Source: Acetobacteraceae bacterium (lineage in GTDB: Bacteria; Pseudomonadota; Alphaproteobacteria; Acetobacterales; Acetobacteraceae). Taken from it: a DNA stretch of 64,000 bases. This document shows, piece by piece, positions 20,642 to 30,340 of the stretch. The notes beneath the pieces are model-generated. The model saw only the letters and a program-made list of their open reading frames with translations. It searched no databases and had not been told where the DNA came from. The translations under genes and the position numbers were made by a program. Each line of letters begins with the position of its first letter. The first letter of the stretch is position 1. The stretch spans positions 282 to 64,281 of the forward strand of contig JAIYDS010000015.1 in NCBI GenBank assembly GCA_027487385.1. The letters are read 5' to 3'.

Positions 20642-21636
20642 ACGCGGTCCAGCTCCCGGCTCCGAAGCCGGCCCATGAGCTGACGGTGCTGGTGCATCAC
20701 CACCAATCGGCGCTGTATCTCGACGAGCTGAAGCGCCGCCGGCCCGAGCCGCGCTATGTCGTGCTGGACAATTATGCCGATCTGCCGGCCACGCTGGAGC
20801 GCGAGCAGCCCGACGCCGTCCTGAGCTTCCGCATGGGCTTCCTGGGCGCCTTCCCGCGCGAGACCTTGCTGGGCTTTCCCTCCATCCGCTGGCTGCATGC
20901 GACGGGCGCCGGGATCGAGCATCTGCCGCCCTGGGATGCGGGTCGCCTGATGGTGACGAATTCCTCGGGTCTGCATGTCTCCATCATGGCGGAATATGCG
21001 CTATGGGCCATGCTGGACCGGACCCAGCGCATGGGGCTCTATCGCCAGCAGCAGCAGGACCGCGTGTGGAACCTCCTGCCCGTGACACCGCTCGCGGGCA
21101 GGACGGTCGTGATCGTTGGGATGGGGCGGATCGGTCGGGAGATCGGCCGTCGTCTGGCGGCCTTCGGCACGCGCGTCGTGGGCGTGACCCGCACCGGCGC
21201 GCCGCTGGCCGAGGCGGATCTGGTTCTGCCCGAGGCACGGCTGGATGACGCGCTCGGCCAGGCCGACATCTGCATCATTCTCACGCCGCTCACCCCACGC
21301 ACGCGCGGGCTGTTCGGCCCCGAGCGCCTGATGCGGTTGAAGCCGGGCTGCCACCTCATCAACCTGGCGCGCGGCAACATCGTGGATGAGGCGGCGCTGC
21401 GCGCCCTGCTGGCCGAGGGCCGGATCGACCATGCCACGTTCGACGTCTTCCACACCGAACCACTGCCGGCGGAGGACGCCATGTGGGACGCCCCCGGCGT
21501 GACCGTGACGCCGCATGTCTCGGGCGAGCTGGCGGATTGGCAGTTCCATGCCGCCATGCTGTTTGCCGAGAATCTCAGCCGCTGGATCTCGGAGGCCCCG
21601 CTCCAGAACCTTTGCGACCCCGCGCTTGGCTATTGA
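20638..21636 (+). CDS. D-2-hydroxyacid dehydrogenase
   Basis: GMGRIG, INLARG, DVFHTEPLP, TPHVSG; ATGA overlap with gntR. Confidence 0.92.
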   Translation: MNAVQLPAPKPAHELTVLVHHHQSALYLDELKRRRPEPRYVVLDNYADLPATLEREQPDAVLSFRMGFLGAFPRETLLGFPSIRWLHATGAGIEHLPPWDAGRLMVTNSSGLHVSIMAEYALWAMLDRTQRMGLYRQQQQDRVWNLLPVTPLAGRTVVIVGMGRIGREIGRRLAAFGTRVVGVTRTGAPLAEADLVLPEARLDDALGQADICIILTPLTPRTRGLFGPERLMRLKPGCHLINLARGNIVDEAALRALLAEGRIDHATFDVFHTEPLPAEDAMWDAPGVTVTPHVSGELADWQFHAAMLFAENLSRWISEAPLQNLCDPALGY

Positions 21637-22172
21637 CCCTCGCGCGGCGCCGGCGATGCGGCCAGGAAAGTGACGTTCGGAAGGCCCACCCCGCGGAGGT
21701 GGAGCGCGGGCCTCGATGACCCCGGCGGGGATGCCTAGTCTTCCCTGGAAAAGCGGCTCGATTGGGGATCGGCTGATGGCCCGTGCCATCCCGTTCTCGA
21801 TCAGGGATGCATCGTGACGTCTCAGCGAGGGCCCCTGGACTTCAGACCTGTGCGACATGGTTGGCACCGCCGAGCTGCCCAGCGGTCACGTGCGGCCCCC
21901 TGCCGGCTGTCCCGCAGAAGCATCCTGCGCCGCTGTCGTCGTGAAGGTGGGTGCCTCACTCCGCCAGACCCAGTTGATGCAGGTCGGTCAAGGCGTGGAG
22001 GCGTGCCGCTGCGGAGGTCACCAGCGCGATGTCCGCCCCATTTCGACCTTCGACGGCCGATCGGGCTGCGTCTGCGGGTGACTTGCGTCCTGAGCGTAAA
22101 CTTGTTGACGCCCGCGCATCTTGGCAAGTTCGACGTCACAGCCGGAGTTCCCTTTCGGTCGGAGATTCTGCC

Positions 22173-23369
22173 ATGAGCGCCGTTGAAACCCTGCTGACCA
22201 ACGCCCGGCTGCCCGATGGACGCCAGGGCGTGACCATCGCCATCAACGACGCGCGGATCACCGCAATCCTGCCGCCTGGCGCGCCTCGGCCTGAGGCCGG
22301 CGCGGTGCACGACGCTGGCGGCGATCTGGTTCTCCCTGCCCTCACCGACGGCCACATGCATCTCGACAAGACGTTTTTCGGGCTGCCCTGGATGCCCCAC
22401 CGTGCCCAGGCCTCGCGCATGAGCCGGATCGAGACCGACCAGGTGACGCTGCCCGCCCTGCCGCTCTCCACCGCGGCCCGGGCCGGTGAGTTGATCCGCC
22501 GCTGCGTCGCCCGTGGCACCGGCCACATTCGCACCCATGTGGACATCACCCCCACCTTCAAACTCACCGCGCTGGAGGGCCTTCTGGCGGCCCGGGAAGC
22601 GCATGCGCATCTGGCCAGCATCCAGATCGTGGCCTTCCCGCAAGCCGGGGTAATGCGTGCCCCCGGCGTCGCCGCCCTGCTTGAAGACGCGGTCCGCGCC
22701 GGCGCCGACCTGGTGGGGGGCATAGACCCCTCCGAGGTGGACCGCGACGCGCGCGGCCAACTCGACACGATCTTTGGGATCGCAGAGCGTCACGGCGTCG
22801 GCATCGACATCCACCTGCATGAGCCCGGCGAACTCGGCCTCTATGGCGTGCAGGAAATCTGCGCCCGCACACGGGCCCAAGGCATGCAGGGCCAGGTGAC
22901 CATCAGCCATGCCTTCGGCCTCGGTGCCCTGCCGGAAAGCAAGCAGAAGGCGGCCGCCGAAATGATGGCCGAAAGCGGCGTGGCTCTGGCGAGCCATGGC
23001 GCGGGTGGAGCCACGCTGCCGCCGCTCTTTGCGCTGGCCGAGGCGGGTGTGCGCGTCTTTTGCGGCAATGATGACGTGCGCGACAGCTGGAGCCCCTATG
23101 GCAATGGCGACATGCTGGAGCGCGCGGCGGTCATCGGCTGGCGCGTGGATGTCCGGCATGACCCGCTGCTGGAGCAGCTCTTCGCCATGTGCTCCTCGGT
23201 CGGCGCCGAAGTCATCGGCATCACCGGCCACGGGCTCGCAGAGGGAAAGAACGCCAGCTTCTTCACCATCCCGGCCGAAACCATCGGCGAGGCGATCGGA
23301 CAGCATCCACCGCGCCGGCTTGTGTTCTTCCGTGGCCGCCTGGTCGCCCAAGACGGCGCCATCCTTTAG
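22173..23369 (+). CDS. amidohydrolase, cytosine deaminase/AtzC-like
   Basis: DGHMHLDK, RTHVD, QIVAFPQ, GGIDP, DIHLHE, SHAF, GNDDVRDSWSPYG. Confidence 0.88.
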   Translation: MSAVETLLTNARLPDGRQGVTIAINDARITAILPPGAPRPEAGAVHDAGGDLVLPALTDGHMHLDKTFFGLPWMPHRAQASRMSRIETDQVTLPALPLSTAARAGELIRRCVARGTGHIRTHVDITPTFKLTALEGLLAAREAHAHLASIQIVAFPQAGVMRAPGVAALLEDAVRAGADLVGGIDPSEVDRDARGQLDTIFGIAERHGVGIDIHLHEPGELGLYGVQEICARTRAQGMQGQVTISHAFGLGALPESKQKAAAEMMAESGVALASHGAGGATLPPLFALAEAGVRVFCGNDDVRDSWSPYGNGDMLERAAVIGWRVDVRHDPLLEQLFAMCSSVGAEVIGITGHGLAEGKNASFFTIPAETIGEAIGQHPPRRLVFFRGRLVAQDGAIL

Positions 23370-23963
23370 CCAGGCGCGAGCGCCGCGCCGCTGGCTTGGC
23401 ATGAACGGGCGAATGGCGACAGCCAACCGGCCCTGCGCCCGGCGCGCGGAGGTCGCCCCAGGCGTGGACGGCTGGCGGGTGGGATGGGCTGTTCCCCGCC
23501 ATGGCGCTGGCTTCAACTCTGCTGGGCGAGACGTCGTCCAGGGGCGGGTGACGCTGGGTCTGGTTGCGGTGGATCACCCGGGCGCGCAGAACCCGACGAT
23601 CTCGCCTGACCAGCAGCGCCGCCGTCTGGCGGCTCAATCCGTCCGGCCCTCGCCAGCGGGCGCCGCGCCACCCCTGCCCCTCTTCGACCGAACCTCGCGC
23701 CGCAACTCGCGAGACACCACGGCGTTCCCGATCCAAAGCCCAGTCACGTCCCGCTCCACGCAGCCAAGCCCAACGAGCAACCGAGCAAGCTGGCGTCAGA
23801 GCAGGACGCGAGCCGGAGACTCAGGCGCTCGGCATGATTTAACCGCCAGGCATCGGGGCAAGCGGCTTCTGGAAGCATCCATCTCGCGGCGCGGCCCCGC
23901 GCGCCCTTGCCGAGCGGTCATCTCTGTGGTCGCGTAGGCGAGGACAGCCTCCCGGAGATCAGC

Positions 23964-24929
23964 ATGCGCCTCGCCTGCCTTGCCGCAGCCCTTGCCGCCT
24001 TGACCCTCACGGCCCTCCAGGCGAAGGCGCAGACCGCGCCGCAGCGCCCGGTGCGCATCGTGGTCCCCTTCGCCGCCGGGGGCTCGGCCGATGTCCTGGC
24101 GCGGGTGACCGCGCAAGCGCTCTCGACGCGTTGGGGCCAGCAGGTCGTGATCGACAACCGCCTGGGGGCCGGCGGGCATATCGGTGCCGAGCATGTGGCG
24201 CGCAGCCCGGGCGATGGGCAGACGCTGCTGTTGGGCAGCATCGGCATCCACGCGGCCTATAGCGTCTATCGCAACCTGCCCTATGCGCCGGCGACGGAAC
24301 TCGCACCCGTCACCATCCTTGCCGAATTCCCCAACGTCATCATCACGCATCCGGCCGTGCCGGTGCAGAACCTGCGGGACCTCGTGGCGCTGGCGCGCGC
24401 CCGCCCGGGCGAGTTGACCTTCGGTTCGGCCGGCAACGCCACCTCCACCCACATGGCGGGCGAGTTGTTCATGCTGGTGACCGGCCTGCGGATGACGCAT
24501 GTGCCCTATCGCGGCTCCTCCCAGGCGCTAAATGACCTGATGGCCGGCAATATCCAGGTCATGTTCGAGAACCTGCCCACCGTGCCACCCGTCGCCAGCG
24601 CCGGCCGCGTCCGTGCCTTGGCCATGACCAGCGCAGCGCGCTCACCCGCGCTGCCGGATGTGCCCACCGCGGCCGAGGCGGGGGTGGAAGGCTATGTCGC
24701 CACCGCCTGGTTCACCATCGCCGCCCCCGCCTCCACGCCCGCACCCTTGCTGGAGCGGCTCAACGCGGATCTCCGCGCCGTGCTGGCCGAGCCCGCCTTG
24801 CGCGAACGCTTCACCTCGATGGGCGCCACGCCCATTGGCGGCCCCTTGGATGAAAGCCGCGCCTTCCTGGCGTCCGAAACCGTGAAATGGTCACGCGTCG
24901 TGCAATCCGCAGGAATTCGACTCGATTGA
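23964..24929 (+). CDS. Bug/TctC substrate-binding protein
   Basis: RIVVPFAAGGSAD, DNRLGAGG, HVPYRG, PDVPTAAEAG. Confidence 0.93.
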   Translation: MRLACLAAALAALTLTALQAKAQTAPQRPVRIVVPFAAGGSADVLARVTAQALSTRWGQQVVIDNRLGAGGHIGAEHVARSPGDGQTLLLGSIGIHAAYSVYRNLPYAPATELAPVTILAEFPNVIITHPAVPVQNLRDLVALARARPGELTFGSAGNATSTHMAGELFMLVTGLRMTHVPYRGSSQALNDLMAGNIQVMFENLPTVPPVASAGRVRALAMTSAARSPALPDVPTAAEAGVEGYVATAWFTIAAPASTPAPLLERLNADLRAVLAEPALRERFTSMGATPIGGPLDESRAFLASETVKWSRVVQSAGIRLD

Positions 24930-26524
24930 TGTTCGATCCCGTTCGGTTGGAGCTGCTCTGGACGCGGCTCGTCTCCATCGTGGATGAAGCCGCCGCCGCG
25001 CTGCTTCGTTCCTCCTTCTCCACCGTGGTGCGTGAGAGTCACGATTTCGGCTGCGTGCTGACCGATGCCGAGGGGCGTTCGGTCGTGCAGGCGACGGATA
25101 GCGTGCCGAGCTTCCTGTGCACCCTGCCCAACACGATCAAGCATTTCCTTCGCGAATATCCGGCGGAGACCCTATCGCCTGGCGATGTGCTGATCACCAA
25201 CGACATCTGGATGGGCACGGGCCATCTGCCGGACATCACCGTGGCCAAGCCGATCTTCCTGCACGGGCGGCTGGTGGGCTTCGCCGGATCCGTGGCGCAC
25301 TCGCCGGATATCGGCGGCCGCATCCGTTCGGCCGAAGCGCGGGATGTCTTTGAGGAAGGCCTTCAGATTCCGCCGATGAAGGCCGTGGTGGGCGGCGTGC
25401 CGGATGCCACGCTGATGCGCATGCTCCGCCGCAACACCCGCGTGCCGGACCAGGTGCTGGGCGACCTGCACGCGCAATTCGCGGCCCTGGACCTGATGGA
25501 GCGCCGCATCCTGGCCCTGCTGCCGGAGCATGGCCTGCCGGATCTTTCGGCGTTGGCGGCGGAAATCCAGTCCCGCTCGGAGCGGGCGATGCGCGCTTCC
25601 ATCGCCGCCGTGCCCGATGGCATCTACCGCGCCGAAGTGCTGACCGATGGGCTGGAGCAGCCCTTGCGCCTGTGCCTGGCGCTGACCGTGCAAGGCGATG
25701 CGATCACCTGCGACTATGCGGGCTCCGACCCGCAGGTGGCCCGCGCCATCAATGTCTGCCTTGCCTATACCTTCGCCTACACGGCCTTCGCGGTGAAGGC
25801 GGTGCTCTGCCCCGCCGTGCCGAACAATGAGGGCAGCTTCGTGCCTCTGACCGTCACGGCGCCCGAAGGCTGCATCCTCAATTCGCGCCACCCGGCGGCG
25901 GGCGGCGCGCGTGCGCTGACCGGGCATTTCCTGCCCGCCCTCGTCATGTCGGCCCTGGCCGAGGCGCTGCCGGAGCGCGTGGTGGCGGGCGTGGGTTCGC
26001 CGCTCTGGTGCCTTGGCTTCTCCGGCTTTCGCGAGGATGGCACGCCCATCGCCAATGCGCTGTTCCTCAATGGCGGCTATGGCGCCCATGCCCAGGGCGA
26101 TGGCGCCAATGTGTTGAGCTGGCCCTCCAACGTCTCCTCCGCTTCGGTCGAGACCATCGAGCAATCGGCGCCCTGGCGGGTGCGCTTCCGGCGCTTGCGA
26201 ACCGGCACCGGCGGCGCGGGCCGGCATCGCGGCGGCACCGGGCAGGAGACGCTGTATGAAAGCCGTTCCTCCCAACCCATCGCCGTGACCTTCCTGGCCG
26301 AGCGCACCCAGCCCGGCTCGGCCGCCTCGGGCTTTGCCGGTGGCTCCCCGGGCGCGCCGGGCGCGGTGCTGATTGATGGCGCGGCGGTGGACCCGAAGCG
26401 CCAGCATGTCGTGATGCCGGGCGGCACGGTGGAGATGCGCACGCCGGGTGGCGGGGGCCATGGGCCGGTGGCGGCGCGCCCGCCCGAGCTTGTGGCCGCG
26501 GACCGCGAGGATGGCATCGCATGA
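24929..26524 (+). CDS. hydantoinase B/oxoprolinase family protein (copy 1)
   Basis: SFSTVVRESHDF, ITNDIWMGTGHLPD, AHSPDIGG, FEEGLQIPP, TPGGGGHG. Confidence 0.92.
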   Translation: MFDPVRLELLWTRLVSIVDEAAAALLRSSFSTVVRESHDFGCVLTDAEGRSVVQATDSVPSFLCTLPNTIKHFLREYPAETLSPGDVLITNDIWMGTGHLPDITVAKPIFLHGRLVGFAGSVAHSPDIGGRIRSAEARDVFEEGLQIPPMKAVVGGVPDATLMRMLRRNTRVPDQVLGDLHAQFAALDLMERRILALLPEHGLPDLSALAAEIQSRSERAMRASIAAVPDGIYRAEVLTDGLEQPLRLCLALTVQGDAITCDYAGSDPQVARAINVCLAYTFAYTAFAVKAVLCPAVPNNEGSFVPLTVTAPEGCILNSRHPAAGGARALTGHFLPALVMSALAEALPERVVAGVGSPLWCLGFSGFREDGTPIANALFLNGGYGAHAQGDGANVLSWPSNVSSASVETIEQSAPWRVRFRRLRTGTGGAGRHRGGTGQETLYESRSSQPIAVTFLAERTQPGSAASGFAGGSPGAPGAVLIDGAAVDPKRQHVVMPGGTVEMRTPGGGGHGPVAARPPELVAADREDGIA

Positions 26525-28593
26525 ACCAATATGCGCTGGCCATCGACATCGGCGGCACCTTCACCGACATCGTCCTGCATGCGCCCGAGAGCGGGCGCTT
26601 CTTCGCGCACAAGGAACTGACCACCCCTTCAGAACCGGCGCGGGGCGTGCTCTCCGGCATTCGGCACCTGCTGGCGCGCGAGGCCGTGACGCCCACCGAC
26701 ATCGCCCGCGTGGTGCATGCCACGACGCTGCTGACCAATGCCTTGATCGAGCGGCGTGGGGCGCCCACCGGCCTGCTGACCACCGAAGGCTTTCGCGACA
26801 TCCTCGAAATCGGGCATGAGCGGAAATACGAGATCTATGATCTCTTCATCGCGCTGCCCAAGCCCCTTGTGCGCCGCGCCCTGCGGCTGGAAGCGCGCGA
26901 GCGCCTCGCGCCCGATGGCAGCGTGGAAACGCCACTGGACGCTGCATCCGTGCTGGCTGCGGCCGATCGGCTTGTGGCGGCGGGCGTCACCTCGCTCGCG
27001 ATCGGCTTCCTGCATGCCTATGCCAATCCGGTGCATGAGCAGCAGGCGGCGGCGCTGATCGCGGCCCGCCATCCGGGACTGCATCTCTCGCTCTCCAGCG
27101 AGGTCTCGCCGCAGATCCGCGAATATGAGCGGCTCTCCACCACCGTCGCCAATGCCTATGTGAAGCCCTTGGCGGTGGGTTACCTCGATGCGCTGGCGCG
27201 GGAGATCGCGGCGCTGGGCGTCACCGCGCCCTTGTTCCTCATGCTCTCCAATGGCGGGCTGACGCATGTGGAGGAAGCCAAGCGCGTACCCGTGCGCCTG
27301 CTGGAATCGGGCCCCGCGGCGGGCGCGCTGGCGGCCGCGGTGTTCGGCGGGCGCAGCGGCGCGCGGGACCTGCTGGCCTTCGACATGGGCGGCACCACGG
27401 CCAAGCTCGCGGTGGTGCGTGATGGCGCGCCGCGCGTGGCGCATCGCTTCGAGGCCGCGCGGGAACAGCGCTTCACGCCCGGCAGCGGACTGCCGCTGAG
27501 CATCTCGGCGGTGGAACTCATCGAGATCGGCGCGGGTGGTGGCAGTATCGCCGCCCTTGATCCGCTGGGGCTGCTGAAGGTCGGCCCGCGCAGCGCCGGC
27601 TCCGACCCCGGGCCCGCCTGCTATGGGCGCGGCGGCACGGAACCCACCGTGACCGACGCCAACCTGGCGCTGGGCTACCTCCAGGCCGAGGGCTTTGCGG
27701 GGGGCACCATGCGGCTTGATGAAGCGGCCTCCGGCGCTGCGCTCGATGGGCTGGGGATCGCCGCCGGCATGGCGCCGGGGGCCACGGCCTCAGGCGTGCA
27801 TGCCGTGGTGAATGAGGCGATGGCCGCGGCCGCGCGCGTGCACCTGGCTGAGCATGGCGGCGAGGGGACGGAACCCGCGCTGCTCGTCACCGGAGGCGGC
27901 GGACCGCTGCATGGGCCGGAGGTGGCGCGCCGACTTGGGCTGCGGCGGGTGATCTGCCCGCCGGCCGCCGGCGTCGCCTCGGCCCTGGGCCTGCTGCTGG
28001 CCCCCGCGCGAGTGGACCGCGTGGCGACGCTGGCCACCAAGCTCGACACCCTGCCTGCCGAAGCGCTGGAGGCGCGCTTCGCCGCGCTGGAGGAAGAGGC
28101 CCGCGCCATTATCGCCGCCACGCTGGGCGCGGAAGCCGGCATCACCCTGGCGCGCAAGGCTGATCTGCGCTTCGCCGGCCAGGGTCATGAACTCGCCACC
28201 GACCTGCCCGCCGGCCCCTATGGCGCGGGCAGCATCGCGGCCATACGGGCGGCGTTCGAGGCCGCTTATCGTTCCGTCTTCGCCGGCGTGCCGCCGGTCG
28301 CCACCGTGGAGGTCGTGAATATCCGCGTCGCCGCCACGGCCGCGACGGGCGAGGGCCGCCTGGATCCCGACATCCCAGCGACGGGGCTCACCACGCCGCA
28401 TGCGCATCGCGCCGTGCGCTTCGGCGAGGCGATGCAAAGCGTGCCGGCCTTCCGGCGCCGCGACCTGGGCGCGGGCCAGCGCATCGCGGGGCCCGCCGTG
28501 GTGGAGGATGGCATGTCCACCCTGCTGCTTCCGCCCGGCGCCACCGCCGTGCTGGAGGCCTGCGGCAACCTCGTCGTGGAGCTCGGCGGATGA
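26521..28593 (+). CDS. hydantoinase A/oxoprolinase family protein (copy 1)
   Basis: IDIGGTFTD, HATTLLTN, ESGPAAG, FDMGGTT, IGAGGGS, SAGSDPGPACYG. Confidence 0.93.
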   Translation: MNQYALAIDIGGTFTDIVLHAPESGRFFAHKELTTPSEPARGVLSGIRHLLAREAVTPTDIARVVHATTLLTNALIERRGAPTGLLTTEGFRDILEIGHERKYEIYDLFIALPKPLVRRALRLEARERLAPDGSVETPLDAASVLAAADRLVAAGVTSLAIGFLHAYANPVHEQQAAALIAARHPGLHLSLSSEVSPQIREYERLSTTVANAYVKPLAVGYLDALAREIAALGVTAPLFLMLSNGGLTHVEEAKRVPVRLLESGPAAGALAAAVFGGRSGARDLLAFDMGGTTAKLAVVRDGAPRVAHRFEAAREQRFTPGSGLPLSISAVELIEIGAGGGSIAALDPLGLLKVGPRSAGSDPGPACYGRGGTEPTVTDANLALGYLQAEGFAGGTMRLDEAASGAALDGLGIAAGMAPGATASGVHAVVNEAMAAAARVHLAEHGGEGTEPALLVTGGGGPLHGPEVARRLGLRRVICPPAAGVASALGLLLAPARVDRVATLATKLDTLPAEALEARFAALEEEARAIIAATLGAEAGITLARKADLRFAGQGHELATDLPAGPYGAGSIAAIRAAFEAAYRSVFAGVPPVATVEVVNIRVAATAATGEGRLDPDIPATGLTTPHAHRAVRFGEAMQSVPAFRRRDLGAGQRIAGPAVVEDGMSTLLLPPGATAVLEACGNLVVELGG

Positions 28594-29381
28594 GCGAGGC
28601 GCGCGTCACCCTGGCCATCGCGGATGGCATCGCACATCTCACCTTCGACCATCCGCGCCGGATGAACGCCATCACCGCCAGCATGTGGCAATCCCTGCCC
28701 GGCCTGCTCGACGAGGTGGCCGCGCAGCCCGAGGCGCGGGTGCTGCTGTTGCAGGGCGCCGGTGATCGCGCCTTCTGCACCGGCAATGACACCTCGGAAT
28801 TCGAGGCGATCCGTGCCAGCGCCGCCCAATCCGCCGCCTACAACGCCTGGCAGCGCGCCGTGGCGGAGCGCATGGCCGCGCTGGAGAAGCCCGCCATCGC
28901 CGCCATCCATGGCCATTGCCTGGGTGCTGGCCTGGAGCTCGCGCTGCAATGCGACCTGCGCTTCGCGAGCCGCGAGGCGCGCATGGGCGTGCCGGCGGTG
29001 AAGCTGGGCTTGCCCTACCGGCTGGAGGACATCGTCAAGCTGGTGGATGTGGTGGGCCTCGCCACCGCGCGCCTGATGGTGTTGACCGGGCGAAGCTTCG
29101 CGGGCGAGGCGCTGGAGCGTCTGGGCCTGGTGACGCAGATGCTGCCGGATCAGGCGGCGATGCAGAAGGCCGCGCTGGAGGCAGCGCGCGAGGTGGCGGG
29201 CGCCGCACCGCTCTCGCTGCGCGCGGCGAAGGTCGCCTTTCATGAGCTCGCCCGCCGTGATGGCCCGCCCGATCTGGCGCGCGCGCAGCTTCTGGCCGAT
29301 GCCTGCTATGACAGCGCCGATTACGCCGAAGGCCGAGCGGCGCGGGCGGAGAGGCGCGCGCCACGCTTCAAGGGGGAATGA
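28590..29381 (+). CDS. enoyl-CoA hydratase/isomerase (crotonase) family protein
   Basis: AFCTGND, GHCLGAGLELALQCD, PAVKLGLPY, DYAEGR. Confidence 0.9.
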   Translation: MSEARVTLAIADGIAHLTFDHPRRMNAITASMWQSLPGLLDEVAAQPEARVLLLQGAGDRAFCTGNDTSEFEAIRASAAQSAAYNAWQRAVAERMAALEKPAIAAIHGHCLGAGLELALQCDLRFASREARMGVPAVKLGLPYRLEDIVKLVDVVGLATARLMVLTGRSFAGEALERLGLVTQMLPDQAAMQKAALEAAREVAGAAPLSLRAAKVAFHELARRDGPPDLARAQLLADACYDSADYAEGRAARAERRAPRFKGE

Positions 29382-30334
29382 CCATGCACCGTCGCCTGTT
29401 GCTCGCCACGCCCTTTCTCGCCACGCCGGCCTGGGCACAGGCCCGCGCGCCCATCCGCATCCTGGTGGGCTTCGCGCCGGGCGGGGCGGCCGACATCTCC
29501 GTGCGCATCGCGGCCGAGGCCGTTGCGCGGCGCGGCGGCCCGCAGATCATCCCCGAGACGCGCAGCGGCGCAGTGGGCTACCTCGCGATGCAGGCGGCGG
29601 CGCGCGCCGCGCCGGACGGCACCACGCTGGCCACCGCCATCATGGGCAATATGAGCGTGGCGCCCGCAGTGCCGGGCTCGCAGATCCCGCTCGATCTGGA
29701 GCGCGAATTGACGCCGGTGTGCAATCTGACGGGCACGCCGATGGCGCTGATCGTGCCCGGCAGCGCGCCGGATCGCAGCGTGGCGGAACTTGTGGCCCGC
29801 GCCCGCGCCGCCCCCGGCACCTTCAGCTATGCAAGCACCGGCAATGGTTCCACCAACCAACTCGCCGCCGAGTATTTCGCGGCGGAAGCGGGGCTGCGGC
29901 TGATCCATGTGGCCTATCGCGGCGGCGCGCCCGCCGTCGCGGATGTCGCGGCCGGGCGCATCAACCTGATGTTCGCCAATATCGCGGAGGTGGTGGAGTT
30001 GATCCGGGGCGGGCAGGTGCGCGGCCTTGCCCTCGCCGCCGCCACCCCCACGCCGCTGGCGCCCGAGATGCCGCTGCTGACGCGCGATTTCCCGGCGCTC
30101 GACATGAGCAACTGGTTCGGGCTGGTCGGTCCCGCCGGCATGCCGGCCGAACTCGTCACCCAGATCGGCCGGATGTTCACCGAAGCCATGGCCGACCCCG
30201 CGACGCAGCCGGCCCTCGCCGCGCGCGGCCTGCAACCCATCAACGAGGTCGGCGCCGATTTCGCCGCCCGCATCCGGCGCGACCGCGAGCGCTGGGCCCG
30301 TGTCGCGAATGCGAGCGGCATCCGCGCGGATTGA
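29378..30334 (+). CDS. Bug/TctC substrate-binding protein
   Basis: RILVGFAPGGAAD, APDGTT, HVAYRGG. Confidence 0.92.
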   Translation: MTMHRRLLLATPFLATPAWAQARAPIRILVGFAPGGAADISVRIAAEAVARRGGPQIIPETRSGAVGYLAMQAAARAAPDGTTLATAIMGNMSVAPAVPGSQIPLDLERELTPVCNLTGTPMALIVPGSAPDRSVAELVARARAAPGTFSYASTGNGSTNQLAAEYFAAEAGLRLIHVAYRGGAPAVADVAAGRINLMFANIAEVVELIRGGQVRGLALAAATPTPLAPEMPLLTRDFPALDMSNWFGLVGPAGMPAELVTQIGRMFTEAMADPATQPALAARGLQPINEVGADFAARIRRDRERWARVANASGIRAD

Positions 30335-30340
30335 GGTTTC

